Of a stretch of 50,622 nt of DNA, positions 1 to 10,025 are shown one piece after another (the first letter of the stretch is position 1; each line of letters opens with the position of its first letter). The notes below the pieces were generated by a model. The model was not told where the DNA came from. It saw nothing but the letters and a program-made list of their open reading frames with translations, and did no database searches. The stretch is from contig CADBSF010000060.1 of NCBI GenBank assembly GCA_902797265.1, forward strand, positions 1 to 50,622. The letters are read 5' to 3'. Source of the DNA: an uncultured Erysipelotrichaceae bacterium (GTDB taxonomy: Bacteria > Bacillota_I > Bacilli_A > RF39 > UBA660). The position numbers and the translations under genes are program-made.

Positions 1-819
1 ATCAATTAATTTCTTTAAACGATTATTACGATTAATAACACGTCTATATAAATCATTTAAATCAGAAGTAGCAAATCTACCACCATCTAATTGAATCATA
101 GGACGTAATTCAGGAGGGATAACAGGAATACAATCCATAATCATCCATTCAGGTTTATTTCCTGATTGATAGAAAGCATCAAGTACATCTAATCTTTTTA
201 ATAAACGAGTTCTTTTTTGTCCTTGAGCATTCTCTAATTCTTTCTTAATTTCTGTAATCTCTTTTTCAAGATCAATCTTCTTTAATAATTCCTTTATGGC
301 TTCAGCACCCATACCTACTTTAAAACTAGTTCCATATTTTTCGTAGTAAGCACGGTATTCTTTTTCAGATAAAGTTTGTTTATTCTCTAAAGGAGAACTT
401 CCTTTATCAATAACAACATAACTAACAAAGTAAAGTACTTCTTCCAAATCTCTAGGACTCATATCAAGTACTAATCCCATACGAGAAGGAACACCCTTGA
501 AAAACCAGATATGAGATACTGGAGTTGCAAGTTCAATATGCCCCATACGTTCACGACGTACTTTTGAACGAGTAACTTCAACCCCACATCTATCACATAC
601 AATATTTTTATAACGAACTCTTTTGTATTTACCACAAGCACATTCAAAATCTTTAGTTGGTCCAAATATTTTTTCACAAAATAGTCCATCTCTTTCAGGT
701 CTTAAGGTACGATAATTAATAGTTTCAGGTTTTTTAACTTCTCCATATGACCATTCACGAATTTTATCAGGAGATGCAATTCCAATTTTTAAAGCTTCAA
801 ATTTATTAACATCTATCAT
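1..819 (-). CDS. rpoC: DNA-directed RNA polymerase subunit beta' (N-terminal ~273 codons; gene runs off the left edge)
   Basis: Absent from the ORF track because it is open at the window edge. My translation from the ATG at 817-819 gives [33 protein letters not shown]..., a canonical beta' N-terminus. The start overlaps the rpoB stop as TAATG, and rpoB-rpoC order is conserved. Confidence 0.92.
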   Translation of the reverse strand, partial: MIDVNKFEALKIGIASPDKIREWSYGEVKKPETINYRTLRPERDGLFCEKIFGPTKDFECACGKYKRVRYKNIVCDRCGVEVTRSKVRRERMGHIELATPVSHIWFFKGVPSRMGLVLDMSPRDLEEVLYFVSYVVIDKGSSPLENKQTLSEKEYRAYYEKYGTSFKVGMGAEAIKELLKKIDLEKEITEIKKELENAQGQKRTRLLKRLDVLDAFYQSGNKPEWMIMDCIPVIPPELRPMIQLDGGRFATSDLNDLYRRVINRNNRLKKLID

Positions 820-3800
820 TAAAAATCAGCTCCTTCCTCATCATAAAATTCATCATCACTATCATCTTCTTCTACATCATAATCCTCATCATCAAATTCA
901 TCGTCTTCCATATCTTCTTCAAAGGATTCATTATCAGATTCACTAATTACCAAATTTGGAGTTTCTATTTCATCGAAAGTACTATTTTCTTCTCTTTCTT
1001 CTGAAGCTTCAATTTCTTTTAATTGTAAAGTTTCTCCTTCATCATTAACAATAGAAACATCTAATCCTAATGCTTGGAATTCTTTCATCAATACTCGGAA
1101 TGATTCAGGAACTCCTGCTTGATTAATTTCTTGACCTTTAATAATTGATTCATAAACCTTAACACGTCCAAGTACATCATCTGACTTAACCGTTAAGATT
1201 TCTTGTAACGTATGAGCAGCACCATATGCATATAATGCCCAAACTTCCATCTCTCCAAATCTTTGTCCACCGAATTGAGCTTTACCACCAAGAGGTTGTT
1301 GAGTAACTAAAGAATATGGTCCAGTAGCACGAGCATGTAATTTATCATCAACCATGTGATGTAATTTAATCATATACATGACACCGACAGAGATTCGATG
1401 ATCAAATGGCTCACCAGTACGACCATCATAAAGAACTGTCTTACCATCTTCGTCCATACCAGCTTCCTTCATCATTTCTTGAATATCAGAAATATGAGCT
1501 CCATCAAATACTGGAGTAGCAACATGAACCCCTAACTTCTTACAAGCCATTCCCATATGAATTTCTAGAATTTGTCCAAAATTCATACGAGAAGGAACAC
1601 CTTGTGGATTTAACATGATATCAACTGGAGTACCATCTGGTAGATATGGCATATCTTCTTGTGGAAGAATCAAAGAAATAACACCTTTGTTACCATGACG
1701 TCCAGACATCTTATCTCCAACTTGAATTTTACGTTTTTGAATAATATAAACACGTATTACTTTTGAAACACCAGCAGGCAATTCATCATTATCTTTTCTA
1801 GAATAAATCTTAATATCATGAACAATACCATCTCCACCATGTGGAACACGTAGAGAAGTATCTCTTACTTCACGAGTCTTTTCTCCAAATATAGCATGTA
1901 ATAATTTCTCTTCAGATGTAAGTTCTGCCATTCCTTTTGGAGTAACCTTTCCTACTAAGATATCTCCTTCTTTAACTTCTGTTCCAATAGTAACAATACC
2001 ATTTTCATCTAAGTTACGACGAGCTTCTTCACTAACATTTGGAATATCTCTAGTAATTTCTTCAGGTCCTAATTTTGTTTCTCTACATTGCATCTCATAA
2101 TCTTCAAGATGTAGAGAAGTATATTTATCATCTTTAACAAGATTTTCATTTAATATAACAGCATCTTCATAGTTATAACCATTAAATGTCATGAAAGCAA
2201 CAGTCATATTCTTACCTAAAGCAAGTTCTCCTTTATCAGTAGAATTTCCATCAGCAAGAATTGTAGTATTTGCTTTAACTTTATCTCCAACATGAACAAT
2301 TGGTCTTTGATGAGAACAAATACTAGAGTTAGCTAATTCAAAGTTAGCTAAAGAATAAGTATCTTTTCCATCTTTTGTATTAACAATAATCTTCTTTGCA
2401 TCTACATAATCAACGATACCATCATTTTTAGCAATTACTTCTACTCCAGAATCTTTAGCTGCGATAAACTCAACACCAGTTCCAACTAAAGGAGCTTCTG
2501 TTTTAATAAGAGGCATTGCTTGACGTTGCATGTTTGCACCCATCAAAGCACGAGTAGCATCATCATGTTCTAGGAATGGAATACAACTAGTAGTAATAGA
2601 TACAACTTGTTGAGGACTAACATCAATATAATCAACTTGTTCTGGTTTTGCTAGGATATTTTCACCTTTAAAACGAGCATTAACTTGTTCAGCAATAATC
2701 TTATTACTTTCATCAGTCTCAACAGTAGATTGTGAAATAATATAATCTAATTCTTCATCAGCAGTTAAATAACAAATTTCATCTGTAATTTGTGAATCAA
2801 CTACTTTACGATATGGAGTCATAATAAATCCATATTCATCTATTTTTGCATAACTAGCAAGAGAAGTAATAAGTCCGATATTTGGTCCTTCAGGAGACTC
2901 AATAGGACAAATTCTACCATAATGAGAAGCATTAACGTCACGAACTTCAACACCTGCTCTATCTCTTGATAAACCACCAGGTCCTAAAGCAGATAAACGT
3001 CTTTTATTAGTAAGTTCAGCAATTGGATTCGTTTGATCCATGAATTGAGATAATTGAGAACTACCAAAAAATTCTTTCATAGCTGCCGTAACAGGTCTAA
3101 TATTAATTAATGTTTTAGGAGTAACTTCTTCCATCTCTTGTGTAGTCATTCTTTCACGAATTACTCTCTCCATACGAGAAACACCAATTCTAAATTGATT
3201 TTGTAATAATTCTCCTACTTGACGAATACGTCTATTTCCTAAATGATCAATCTCATCATAATTTCCAACACCATGTAATAAATTTAAATAATAGGAAACA
3301 CTAGCATAAACATCAGAAATAGTAAGTCTCTTAATATCTACAGATTGATCATTTCCAATAACAACCAATTTTTTCTTTTTATCACTTGGATCACAAATTT
3401 TAATCATTTGTACTTTATTGAAAGAATCTAATTCTTCATTAACTTTTGATTCTTTAATTCCAAATCCAGCTTTAAAAGCATCTGTTAATTCACTATAATT
3501 AGCCTTAGTAATTAAAGTACCTTTTTCTAATACAACTTTTCCATCTACAACAACATCTTCTGCTATAGTTTGATTTAAAAGTCTCTCAGATACATTTAAT
3601 TTTCTATTAAATTTATAACGTCCTACTTTAGATAAATCATATCTAAATTCATCAAAGAATCGAGTAATAATTTGGTTCTTAGAAGAATCTAAAGTAGCAG
3701 GTTCTCCTGGTCTTAATTTTTCATAGATTTCAATTAATGCTTCATCAGTATTTTTAGTTGAATCTTTAGAAATCGTATTCTTTAAATATTCATCATCACC

Positions 3801-4442
3801 GAACATTTTTAAGATTTCATCATCACTAGATAATCCAAATGCTCTAAGTAGAGTTGTAATAGGAACTTTTCTAGTCCTATCAATTCTAACATATAATACA
3901 TCACGAGCATCAACTTCAAATTCTAACCAAGTACCACGATTTGGTATAATTTGAGAAGTAATCAATTCTCTTCCATTTTTATCAATTTCATGATTAAAAT
4001 AAACACTAGGAGAACGAACTAATTGAGAAACAATAACACGTTCTGCACCATTAATAACAAAGGTACCACTATCAGTCATAATAGGCATATCACCCATAAA
4101 GATTTCTTGTTCCTTAACTTCTCCTGATTCACGATTAAATAATCGAACTTCTACTCTTAAAGGTGCTGAATAAGTAGATTCACGATCTTTACTTTCTTTA
4201 ATAGAATATTTAGGTTCATCAAAACGATAATCTCCAAATTCAAGAGATAAAGTTCCAGAGAAATTTTCTACTGGAAATAAATCTTCAAATACTTCTTTAA
4301 TACCTTTTTCAATAAACCAATTATAGGATTTCTTTTGAATTTCAAGTAAATCTTTTAGTTCATAAGATTCACGAATTCTAGAAAAGTTTCTTCTTTCCCT
4401 ATAATCTCCACTCTTTACAATCTTATAAGACACATTTTTCAC
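819..4442 (-). CDS. rpoB: DNA-directed RNA polymerase subunit beta
   Basis: 1207-aa ORF with beta-subunit blocks: [34 protein letters not shown] and [15 protein letters not shown]. Has an acidic C-terminal tail. Lies directly upstream of rpoC. Confidence 0.98.
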   Translation of the reverse strand: MKNVSYKIVKSGDYRERRNFSRIRESYELKDLLEIQKKSYNWFIEKGIKEVFEDLFPVENFSGTLSLEFGDYRFDEPKYSIKESKDRESTYSAPLRVEVRLFNRESGEVKEQEIFMGDMPIMTDSGTFVINGAERVIVSQLVRSPSVYFNHEIDKNGRELITSQIIPNRGTWLEFEVDARDVLYVRIDRTRKVPITTLLRAFGLSSDDEILKMFGDDEYLKNTISKDSTKNTDEALIEIYEKLRPGEPATLDSSKNQIITRFFDEFRYDLSKVGRYKFNRKLNVSERLLNQTIAEDVVVDGKVVLEKGTLITKANYSELTDAFKAGFGIKESKVNEELDSFNKVQMIKICDPSDKKKKLVVIGNDQSVDIKRLTISDVYASVSYYLNLLHGVGNYDEIDHLGNRRIRQVGELLQNQFRIGVSRMERVIRERMTTQEMEEVTPKTLINIRPVTAAMKEFFGSSQLSQFMDQTNPIAELTNKRRLSALGPGGLSRDRAGVEVRDVNASHYGRICPIESPEGPNIGLITSLASYAKIDEYGFIMTPYRKVVDSQITDEICYLTADEELDYIISQSTVETDESNKIIAEQVNARFKGENILAKPEQVDYIDVSPQQVVSITTSCIPFLEHDDATRALMGANMQRQAMPLIKTEAPLVGTGVEFIAAKDSGVEVIAKNDGIVDYVDAKKIIVNTKDGKDTYSLANFELANSSICSHQRPIVHVGDKVKANTTILADGNSTDKGELALGKNMTVAFMTFNGYNYEDAVILNENLVKDDKYTSLHLEDYEMQCRETKLGPEEITRDIPNVSEEARRNLDENGIVTIGTEVKEGDILVGKVTPKGMAELTSEEKLLHAIFGEKTREVRDTSLRVPHGGDGIVHDIKIYSRKDNDELPAGVSKVIRVYIIQKRKIQVGDKMSGRHGNKGVISLILPQEDMPYLPDGTPVDIMLNPQGVPSRMNFGQILEIHMGMACKKLGVHVATPVFDGAHISDIQEMMKEAGMDEDGKTVLYDGRTGEPFDHRISVGVMYMIKLHHMVDDKLHARATGPYSLVTQQPLGGKAQFGGQRFGEMEVWALYAYGAAHTLQEILTVKSDDVLGRVKVYESIIKGQEINQAGVPESFRVLMKEFQALGLDVSIVNDEGETLQLKEIEASEEREENSTFDEIETPNLVISESDNESFEEDMEDDEFDDEDYDVEEDDSDDEFYDEEGADF

Positions 4443-4515
4443 CCCACAATAATTTCAATACATACTTCGATAAGCTGCAGTTTTTATTAATACCACAAAG
4501 CGTATTAGAAGTCAA

Positions 4516-5100
4516 TTAAAAACTACATTTAAGAATATAAAAACCTTTTTTCTTCTCAAGTATATCAACAGTATAAACTTTTTTTAAGTCGACTATTAGC
4601 GATTTAGCACCCTGCTCTTTACGAATAACCAAAAAGAGATTTCCATTCTCATTAAGATAATTCTTAGCATTCATCACTATATCATAGACTATCTTTTTAC
4701 CAGCCCTAATTGGAGGATTGGTAATAATGGAAGAATATTTAGAATGAATATTCGAATACGTATTACTTTCAAAAATCTGAACATTAGAACAATGATTAAG
4801 AGAAGAATTCATCTCTGCTAAATGCAAAGCTCTAAGATTAACATCAACCATGTCAACAGAACAATTCGTAATAGTATTTAGAATGATTCCAAATACTCCA
4901 TAACCACATCCCATATCAAGAACATTGCCTCCAACTTCTTCTAGCGGGATTGATTCTAGAAGAAGTCTACTGCCAAAGTCCAAACCGTCTTTAGAAAATA
5001 CACCATTATCGGTATAAAAATAGTATTTTTTGCCAAAAATAAAAACTTCCCTTTTTATCATTATACTTGGCAAAAGATCGTTATCAAAATATTGCCCCAT
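4516..5100 (-). CDS. class I SAM-dependent (RsmC/RsmD-like) RNA methyltransferase, positional equivalent of B. subtilis ybxB
   Basis: ORF 4516..5145 trimmed to the ATG at 5098-5100 (MGQYFDNDLL...). Contains SAM-binding LDMGCGYGVFG and an NPPIRAGK motif. Sits between rplL and rpoB, as ybxB does. Confidence 0.75.
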   Translation of the reverse strand: MGQYFDNDLLPSIMIKREVFIFGKKYYFYTDNGVFSKDGLDFGSRLLLESIPLEEVGGNVLDMGCGYGVFGIILNTITNCSVDMVDVNLRALHLAEMNSSLNHCSNVQIFESNTYSNIHSKYSSIITNPPIRAGKKIVYDIVMNAKNYLNENGNLFLVIRKEQGAKSLIVDLKKVYTVDILEKKKGFYILKCSF

Positions 5101-5170
5101 CTTATCACCCAGAAAAAAAAGAAGAAGAAAAACAGCTAAAAACAACTTATTTTTCTTCCTTTCGAAACAT

Positions 5171-5199
5171 ATAATACAACAAAGGTATTAAAAAGTCAA
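5171..5199 (-). promoter_or_regulatory. sigma-A type promoter for the methyltransferase-rpoB-rpoC unit
   Basis: Minus strand reads TTGACT (5194-5199), a 17-nt spacer, then TATTAT (5171-5176), about 70 nt upstream of the ATG at 5100. Confidence 0.5.
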
Positions 5200-5220
5200 C
5201 AAAAATTTATAAAAAATTTA

Positions 5221-5481
5221 TTATTTTACTAAAGAATCTAAATATTCGACACATTTATTTAAATTATTTACTAAATTCTTATTATAATCAATTTGCTCTA
5301 AAGATTTAGATACACAAGAATAAGCATTAGTTCCATTCCAATAAGGATTCTTACCATCACCATTTTCAATCTTATGAACATCATCTTTAAATTTATCTAA
5401 ATTAGCTTTTAAACTATCAATCTCTTTTCTTAAACTCTTAGCTAGTTTCTTTATTTCATTATCATTTTCCATACTACTCAT
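5221..5481 (-). CDS. small helical protein with a central W-x-G turn (WXG100/ESAT-6-like candidate)
   Basis: 86 aa, predicted helix-turn-helix hairpin. PYWNGTNAY sits at the midpoint (W-N-G...A-Y, compare WxG...AF/AY of Esx proteins). No signal peptide. Motif-level call only. Confidence 0.4.
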   Translation of the reverse strand: MSSMENDNEIKKLAKSLRKEIDSLKANLDKFKDDVHKIENGDGKNPYWNGTNAYSCVSKSLEQIDYNKNLVNNLNKCVEYLDSLVK

Positions 5482-5491
5482 ATATTACTCC

Positions 5492-5869
5492 TTAATTATT
5501 AGATATCTTATTTAATCTATTTTCAATATCAGAAATACGCTCATCTAACATTTTCAATATATATTGTTGAAGATCATCAATATACTTTTCATGATAATTC
5601 TCTTTTAATTTTAAAGTAACATTAGCCTGAGATTTTGATACTTTAGCCCATCCTTTAAAAATTTCTTCTCTTTTCCCTTTAACTATTTCTAACTTACTAG
5701 CTTTATTAAGAATCGTATTAATATTAAATAAAGAAGAACGAATAGCTTCTAATTCTTTATTAATATTCTTTTCTACACTTTTAAATTTAGTGGTATCCAT
5801 ATATAATTTATTCTTTTCAATTTTAGAAACTTTAGAAGTACTAACACCTAAATCATATTTACTCATCAT
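5492..5869 (-). CDS. small coiled-coil protein of unknown function, partner of the WXG-like gene
   Basis: 125 aa, heptad-rich and K/E-rich. Strong RBS (AGGAGGGG) before the ATG at 5869 and a 10-nt gap to the next gene. No recognisable catalytic motif. Confidence 0.5.
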   Translation of the reverse strand: MMSKYDLGVSTSKVSKIEKNKLYMDTTKFKSVEKNINKELEAIRSSLFNINTILNKASKLEIVKGKREEIFKGWAKVSKSQANVTLKLKENYHEKYIDDLQQYILKMLDERISDIENRLNKISNN

Positions 5870-5891
5870 ACCCCTCCTATCTTATAACAAG

Positions 5892-5919
5892 ATTATATCA
5901 TAATAAGAGAAAAAAACAA
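5892..5919 (-). promoter_or_regulatory. candidate promoter of the two-gene small-protein unit
   Basis: Minus strand reads TTGTTT (5914-5919), a 16-nt spacer, then TATAAT (5892-5897), about 20 nt upstream of the RBS of ORF 5492..5869. Confidence 0.4.
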
Positions 5920-6265
5920 GAAAAAAAACATACGCAATGAATTCATATGTTTATAAAACTAAAAATAGATAGACTACAACCTATAAATAATTTTTGATTA
6001 TCAATCGTCTGATAAACAATCGATAACGGTTTGTTAGAAACTATTCCTCTACCCGCTAAGATAGAACTGCTTCATTTCAGTTTGAATAGCATCACTAATT
6101 TTACAAAGTTTTCCATCTTTAAAAAAATGTAATTACCAATAGCTATGATAAGATTTAAGTACATAAAAATTATAAAATAAAAATAAATAAATATTAATAC
6201 TAAATAATGATGTACTCTCTACTATTGATAAATCAATTATAAAAAAAAAAAGAGAGAAAGTCAAT

Positions 6266-6299
6266 AAAAAAAATATCTTTTTAAAAAAAAGATATTTTT
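6266..6299 (-). terminator. AT-rich hairpin with flanking T/A runs (weak, potentially bidirectional terminator)
   Basis: AAAAATATCTTTTT / AAAAAGATATTTTT inverted repeat with only one G:C pair. T-run follows on the minus strand. Confidence 0.3.
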
Positions 6300-6486
6300 C
6301 CGAGTTTAATTATACATAAATATATATATTATCAGTACATATAAAAATGTATAAACTTATCATATAGAGTTTTCTTTCTCTAAAAATTACATTTTGCATA
6401 GAGTCTAGTGACTTTTAATTCTAAGACACTGTCAAATGTCATTGCTGACTTCGACTGTAATAAAAATTACTTCCTATGCTACTTCC

Positions 6487-6515
6487 ATGATAGCAAAGAA
6501 TAAAATTCATGTCAA
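6487..6515 (-). promoter_or_regulatory. orphan near-consensus promoter downstream of the rplL terminator
   Basis: Minus strand reads TTGACA (6510-6515), an exact 17-nt spacer, then TATCAT (6487-6492). No ORF with an RBS occurs in the following ~600 nt. Confidence 0.35.
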
Positions 6516-6555
6516 GATTATATGATTTATTTTATTAAATATCATATTAATTGAC

Positions 6556-6581
6556 AAAAAAAGTTGACATCTATGCCAACT
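6556..6581 (-). terminator. rho-independent terminator of rplL
   Basis: 8-bp stem AGUUGGCA/UGUCAACU (one G:U) with a 4-nt loop, followed by a T-run on the minus strand, 17 nt after the rplL stop. Confidence 0.7.
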
Positions 6582-6597
6582 TTTCAATGTACTATAA

Positions 6598-6966
6598 TTA
6601 TTTAACTTCAACAGTAGCTCCAGCTTCTTCAAGCTTAGCTTTAATTTCATCAGCTTCAGCTGTAGGAATATTTTCTTTTACTACTCCATTAGCATCAACG
6701 ATATCTTTAGCTTCTTTTAATCCTAAACCAGTAATTTCTTTAACAACTTTAATAACTGCAACTTTAGCAGCACCAGCATCAGCTATTGAAACAGTAACTG
6801 TACTTGGTCCTTCATCAGCTTGAGCTCCAGCAACTGGTGCAGCAACTGCAACAGCACTTGGATCAACTCCAAATTCCTCCTTCATTGCATCTACTAATTC
6901 TTTAATTTCTAATAAATTCATTTCTTTTAAACTACTGATAAATTCTTCTTTTGTTAGTTTAGCCAT
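6598..6966 (-). CDS. rplL: 50S ribosomal protein L7/L12
   Basis: 122 aa. Has the [26 protein letters not shown]-domain, an Ala/Val hinge, and C-terminal [23 protein letters not shown]...[10 protein letters not shown]. Confidence 0.98.
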   Translation of the reverse strand: MAKLTKEEFISSLKEMNLLEIKELVDAMKEEFGVDPSAVAVAAPVAGAQADEGPSTVTVSIADAGAAKVAVIKVVKEITGLGLKEAKDIVDANGVVKENIPTAEADEIKAKLEEAGATVEVK

Positions 6967-7006
6967 TTAATTTTCCTCCTTATATTATATTTAAATTTTT
7001 TTTATT

Positions 7007-7501
7007 TTAATTTTCTTGTTTTTGCTCACTATATAAGTCTAAGCAAATTGATAAGTCTCTTACAAGACCAATCATACCACCAGCAAGCATTGTAAGTAAT
7101 CCATCTCTTGATGGTAGTTTAGCATATTCAGCTAATTTAGCTTGATCAGCTTTCTCACCATCAACAATCCCTACTTTTAATACCAATGCAGAGTGGTCTT
7201 TGGCAAAGTCAGCCAAAACTTTAATTGGTGCAATTTGATCATCACTATAAGCAAATGCACTAGGTCCTGTTAATGCTTCATTTAAATCTATACCTAAATC
7301 ATTAAAGGCACGAGACATTAAAGTATTTTTATATACTTTATAATCAGCATTAGCTTCACGTAATTTAATACGTAACTCTTTTGCTTCACTGTCTGTAATA
7401 CCACGATAATCAAAAAGTACAATTGTCTTAGCATTTTCAGTACGATTCTTAATTTCATCAATTACAGTTTGCTTTTGTTCCAATATTGCTTTACTTGCCA
7501 T
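7007..7501 (-). CDS. rplJ: 50S ribosomal protein L10
   Basis: 164 aa, typical L10 N-terminus (KQTVIDEIKNR...VLFDYRGITDSEAKELR). Immediately upstream of rplL. Confidence 0.95.
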   Translation of the reverse strand: MASKAILEQKQTVIDEIKNRTENAKTIVLFDYRGITDSEAKELRIKLREANADYKVYKNTLMSRAFNDLGIDLNEALTGPSAFAYSDDQIAPIKVLADFAKDHSALVLKVGIVDGEKADQAKLAEYAKLPSRDGLLTMLAGGMIGLVRDLSICLDLYSEQKQEN

Positions 7502-7633
7502 AAAACACCTCCTTATCTATTTAGGGATGCCATAAAAAAAGTTCTTAAACTAGACAGCAAAAGAACTCTTTCTAAAGAATAAGTCCTCGGTAGGATTTAT
7601 TTTTATACCTACTGTCTATGGCACCAATAAATT
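7502..7633 (-). promoter_or_regulatory. L10 (rplJ) leader with intrinsic attenuator hairpin
   Basis: About 130-nt leader. Long-range pairing GCCAUAGACAG...CUGUCU...AUGGC and an inner hairpin UAGG...CCUA followed by CCGAGG. A GUUCUU/AAGAAC stem plus U7 (7534-7566) lies just before the rplJ RBS. This matches the Firmicute L10-leader attenuation layout. Confidence 0.6.
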
Positions 7634-7639
7634 GTAATT

Positions 7640-7668
7640 ATTATATACTAAATAATTTTATTTGTCAA
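7640..7668 (-). promoter_or_regulatory. consensus sigma-A promoter of rplJ-rplL
   Basis: Minus strand reads TTGACA (7663-7668), a 17-nt spacer, then TATAAT (7640-7645). Both hexamers are perfect. Overlaps the end of rplA. Confidence 0.7.
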
Positions 7669-8353
7669 AATTATTTTCAATTTTAATTCCTGGACCCATT
7701 GTAGATGAAATAGAAATATTCTTAACATATTCACCCTTAACAGTTGCAGGTTTAATTCTTAAAATTTGTGAAATGAAAGCATCTAAGTTAGCAAGTAAAT
7801 CTTCTTCACTAAATGAAGCTTTTCCAATAACACCATGTACATTACCGAAAGAATCAGTTCTATATTCAACACGTCCTGCTTTAACTTCTTCAACTGCTTT
7901 CTTAATATCCATTGTAACAGTACCAGTCTTAGGATTTGGCATTAAACCTTTAGGACCTAAAACTCTACCTAATTTACCAAGTAAAGGCATCATATCAGGA
8001 GTAGCAATCATGGTATCAAATTCAAACCAATTTTCCTTTTCGATTTTTTCTAACATATCTGTATCACCAACAAAATCTGCTCCTGCATCTTTTGCTTCTT
8101 GTGCTTTAGGTCCTCTTGCAATAACTAATACACGATTAGTCTTACCAGTTCCTTTTGGCAATACAATTGCTCCTCTTAATTGTTGATCAGCTTTCTTAGT
8201 ATCTAAGTTAAGTCTAATAGCAACTTCGATAGATCCATCAAAAGAACTAACAGAAGTTTCTTTTACTAACTTTACAGCTTCTTCTTTAGAATATAATTTA
8301 CTTTTTTCTACTTTAGAAACAGCTTCAATATATTTCTTACTTCTTTTTTTCAT
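7658..8353 (-). CDS. rplA: 50S ribosomal protein L1
   Basis: 231 aa. [10 protein letters not shown]...[14 protein letters not shown]...[13 protein letters not shown]...[24 protein letters not shown] are typical of L1. Confidence 0.97.
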   Translation of the reverse strand: MKKRSKKYIEAVSKVEKSKLYSKEEAVKLVKETSVSSFDGSIEVAIRLNLDTKKADQQLRGAIVLPKGTGKTNRVLVIARGPKAQEAKDAGADFVGDTDMLEKIEKENWFEFDTMIATPDMMPLLGKLGRVLGPKGLMPNPKTGTVTMDIKKAVEEVKAGRVEYRTDSFGNVHGVIGKASFSEEDLLANLDAFISQILRIKPATVKGEYVKNISISSTMGPGIKIENNFDK

Positions 8354-8404
8354 TTTTATTCCTCCTTATGTGGTAAAAGCGGATGTTTTATTCAATTCCT
8401 TTAT

Positions 8405-8441
8405 GGTGTTGGAAACACCATGCTTAGGTGTTGGAAACACC
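8405..8441 (-). repeat. two tandem copies of a short hairpin (GGUGUU-UCC-AACACC on the mRNA strand) in the rplK-rplA spacer
   Basis: GGTGTTGGAAACACC occurs at 8405-8419 and again at 8427-8441 (22-nt period). No U-run follows, so it is not a terminator. Confidence 0.6.
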
Positions 8442-8483
8442 ATTATCCTTCCACTAGGTTTCACCTATATGTATATTTTCTAC

Positions 8484-8915
8484 TTATTCTTGCCCTTCAA
8501 TAGCAATACCCATATTCTTTGCAGTACCAGCAACAATCTTCATTGCTTCTTCTACTGTATATGCATTTAAGTCTGGTAACTTAATTTCTGCAATTTCCTT
8601 AAGAGTAGCTTGTGATATAGTAGCAACAACTTCCTTTGAACCTTTAACAGATCCTTTTTGTACCTTAGCATATTTCTTTAATAAGAATGCTGTTGGTGGA
8701 GTTTTAATTACAAAGTCAAAGCTTCTATCATCATAAATAGAAATTTCAACTGGTAAAACATCTCCCATTTTATCTCTAGTTGCATCATTATACTTAGTAC
8801 AAAAATCTTGTAGATTAATTCCAGCAGGTCCTAAAACAGTTCCAACTGGTGGAGCTGGTGTAGCTTTTCCTGCTGCAATTTGTAATTTTATTTTCTTAAT
8901 TGCTTCTTTTGCCAC
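8484..8915 (-). CDS. rplK: 50S ribosomal protein L11
   Basis: ORF trimmed to the GTG at 8913-8915, preceded by GGGAGGTG at 6-nt spacing. Product starts (M)AKEAIKKIKLQIAAGKATPAPPVGTVLGPAGIN, the conserved L11 N-terminus. Confidence 0.95.
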   Translation of the reverse strand: MAKEAIKKIKLQIAAGKATPAPPVGTVLGPAGINLQDFCTKYNDATRDKMGDVLPVEISIYDDRSFDFVIKTPPTAFLLKKYAKVQKGSVKGSKEVVATISQATLKEIAEIKLPDLNAYTVEEAMKIVAGTAKNMGIAIEGQE

Positions 8916-9072
8916 GAAAAACACCTCCCATAATTTAGTTTTCGCGAGTGGTACAAATAGCTTGATTCCCGCTTTTATAAATGCAAACCATGCTTCCCAC
9001 TAAATCTATATTAAAAAATATAGCCATTAAATAATAACACATTCTGTAAAAATAAGCAAGTCAATAGTAATA

Positions 9073-9606
9073 TTAAGCTTTCTCTATTTGACTAATTTCA
9101 ACTTCAACTGAAGTTTCTTGTCCAAATAAATCAACAAGCAACATAACTTTTTGAGTTGATAAATCAACAGAATCAATTGTACCAAACATACCATTGAAAG
9201 GTCCACCAATAATTTTAACCTTAGCACCTTCTGTAAGTTCTGTATCAACATCCATTCTACTGATACCCATATTGCCTAATATATTATCTACTTCATATGG
9301 TTGTAATGGAGTAGGCTTAGCACCTTTACCACTAGATCCAATAAATCCAGTAACACCAGGGGTATTACGAACAACATACCAAGCTTCATCAGTCATAATC
9401 ATTTCAACCAATATATAACCTGGAAACATCTTTTTTACTTTTTCTTTGGTAACACCATCTTTTACTTCAACAACTTTTTCTTCAGGAATAACAACACGAA
9501 AGATATAGTCTTGCATATCCATAGATTCTGCTCTCATTTCAAGTTTTTCTTTTACTTTGTTCTCATGTCCAGAATAAGTGTTAACAACATACCATTGTTT
9601 TTCCAT
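9073..9606 (-). CDS. nusG: transcription termination/antitermination factor NusG
   Basis: 177 aa. NGN domain (KQWYVVNTYSGHENKVKEKLE) and C-terminal KOW (GAKVKIIGGPFNGMFGTI). secE-nusG-rplK synteny. Confidence 0.95.
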   Translation of the reverse strand: MEKQWYVVNTYSGHENKVKEKLEMRAESMDMQDYIFRVVIPEEKVVEVKDGVTKEKVKKMFPGYILVEMIMTDEAWYVVRNTPGVTGFIGSSGKGAKPTPLQPYEVDNILGNMGISRMDVDTELTEGAKVKIIGGPFNGMFGTIDSVDLSTQKVMLLVDLFGQETSVEVEISQIEKA

Positions 9607-9620
9607 ATAATACTCCTTTA

Positions 9621-9935
9621 CTATTTAATAATAGAACGAACTAAAGCAAACAAAACATCAACTAAATAGAAATATGCAGAACAGAATAAAATAAAGAAAA
9701 TAGTTGCGATAGAATATTTAACCATGTTACTCTTACTAGTCCAATGAATCTTATGAAATTCACTTTTAACACCATTAATAAAAATACCTATCTTTGCAAA
9801 TAAACCCTTCTTATTAATTTCCTCTTTCTTTTCTTCAACTTTCTTAGTTGAAACATTCTTCTTAGTTGTTTTAGTCTTCTTAATACTATTAGTATTATAC
9901 TTGTCTTCTACTACTTTTTTACGTACTTCAGCCAT
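9621..9935 (-). CDS. secE: preprotein translocase subunit SecE (long basic N-terminal extension)
   Basis: Single C-terminal TM preceded by HKIHWTSKSNMVKYSIATI (SecE-like). Located directly upstream of nusG. The track start at 9959 is TTG, and I prefer the ATG at 9933-9935. Confidence 0.8.
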   Translation of the reverse strand: MAEVRKKVVEDKYNTNSIKKTKTTKKNVSTKKVEEKKEEINKKGLFAKIGIFINGVKSEFHKIHWTSKSNMVKYSIATIFFILFCSAYFYLVDVLFALVRSIIK

Positions 9936-10025
9936 ACTATTCACCAAATTCCTTTTCAAAATAAAAACACTTCAAAGTGCTTACAGTTATAAATTACCAC
10001 AACACAATTGAAATGTCAACAATTT

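Noticed and set aside
471-689. 72-aa minus-strand ORF from the track
   Set aside because: It lies inside rpoC in a different frame. The in-frame translation of this stretch is conserved beta' sequence, so the ORF is a shadow.
819-1020. Highly acidic ~65-aa C-terminal tail of RpoB
   Set aside because: Acidic C-terminal extensions of beta are common in Firmicutes, including B. subtilis. With one sequence this cannot be distinguished from normal lineage variation.
6046-6061. tRNA-like D-arm motif (minus strand TCTTAGCGGGTAGAGG) in the rplL-downstream spacer
   Set aside because: The D-loop resembles A14-G18G19-A21. The putative anticodon stem has mismatches and C at position 33, and no GTTCRANNC T-arm or acceptor pairing follows. 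At most it is a decayed fragment.
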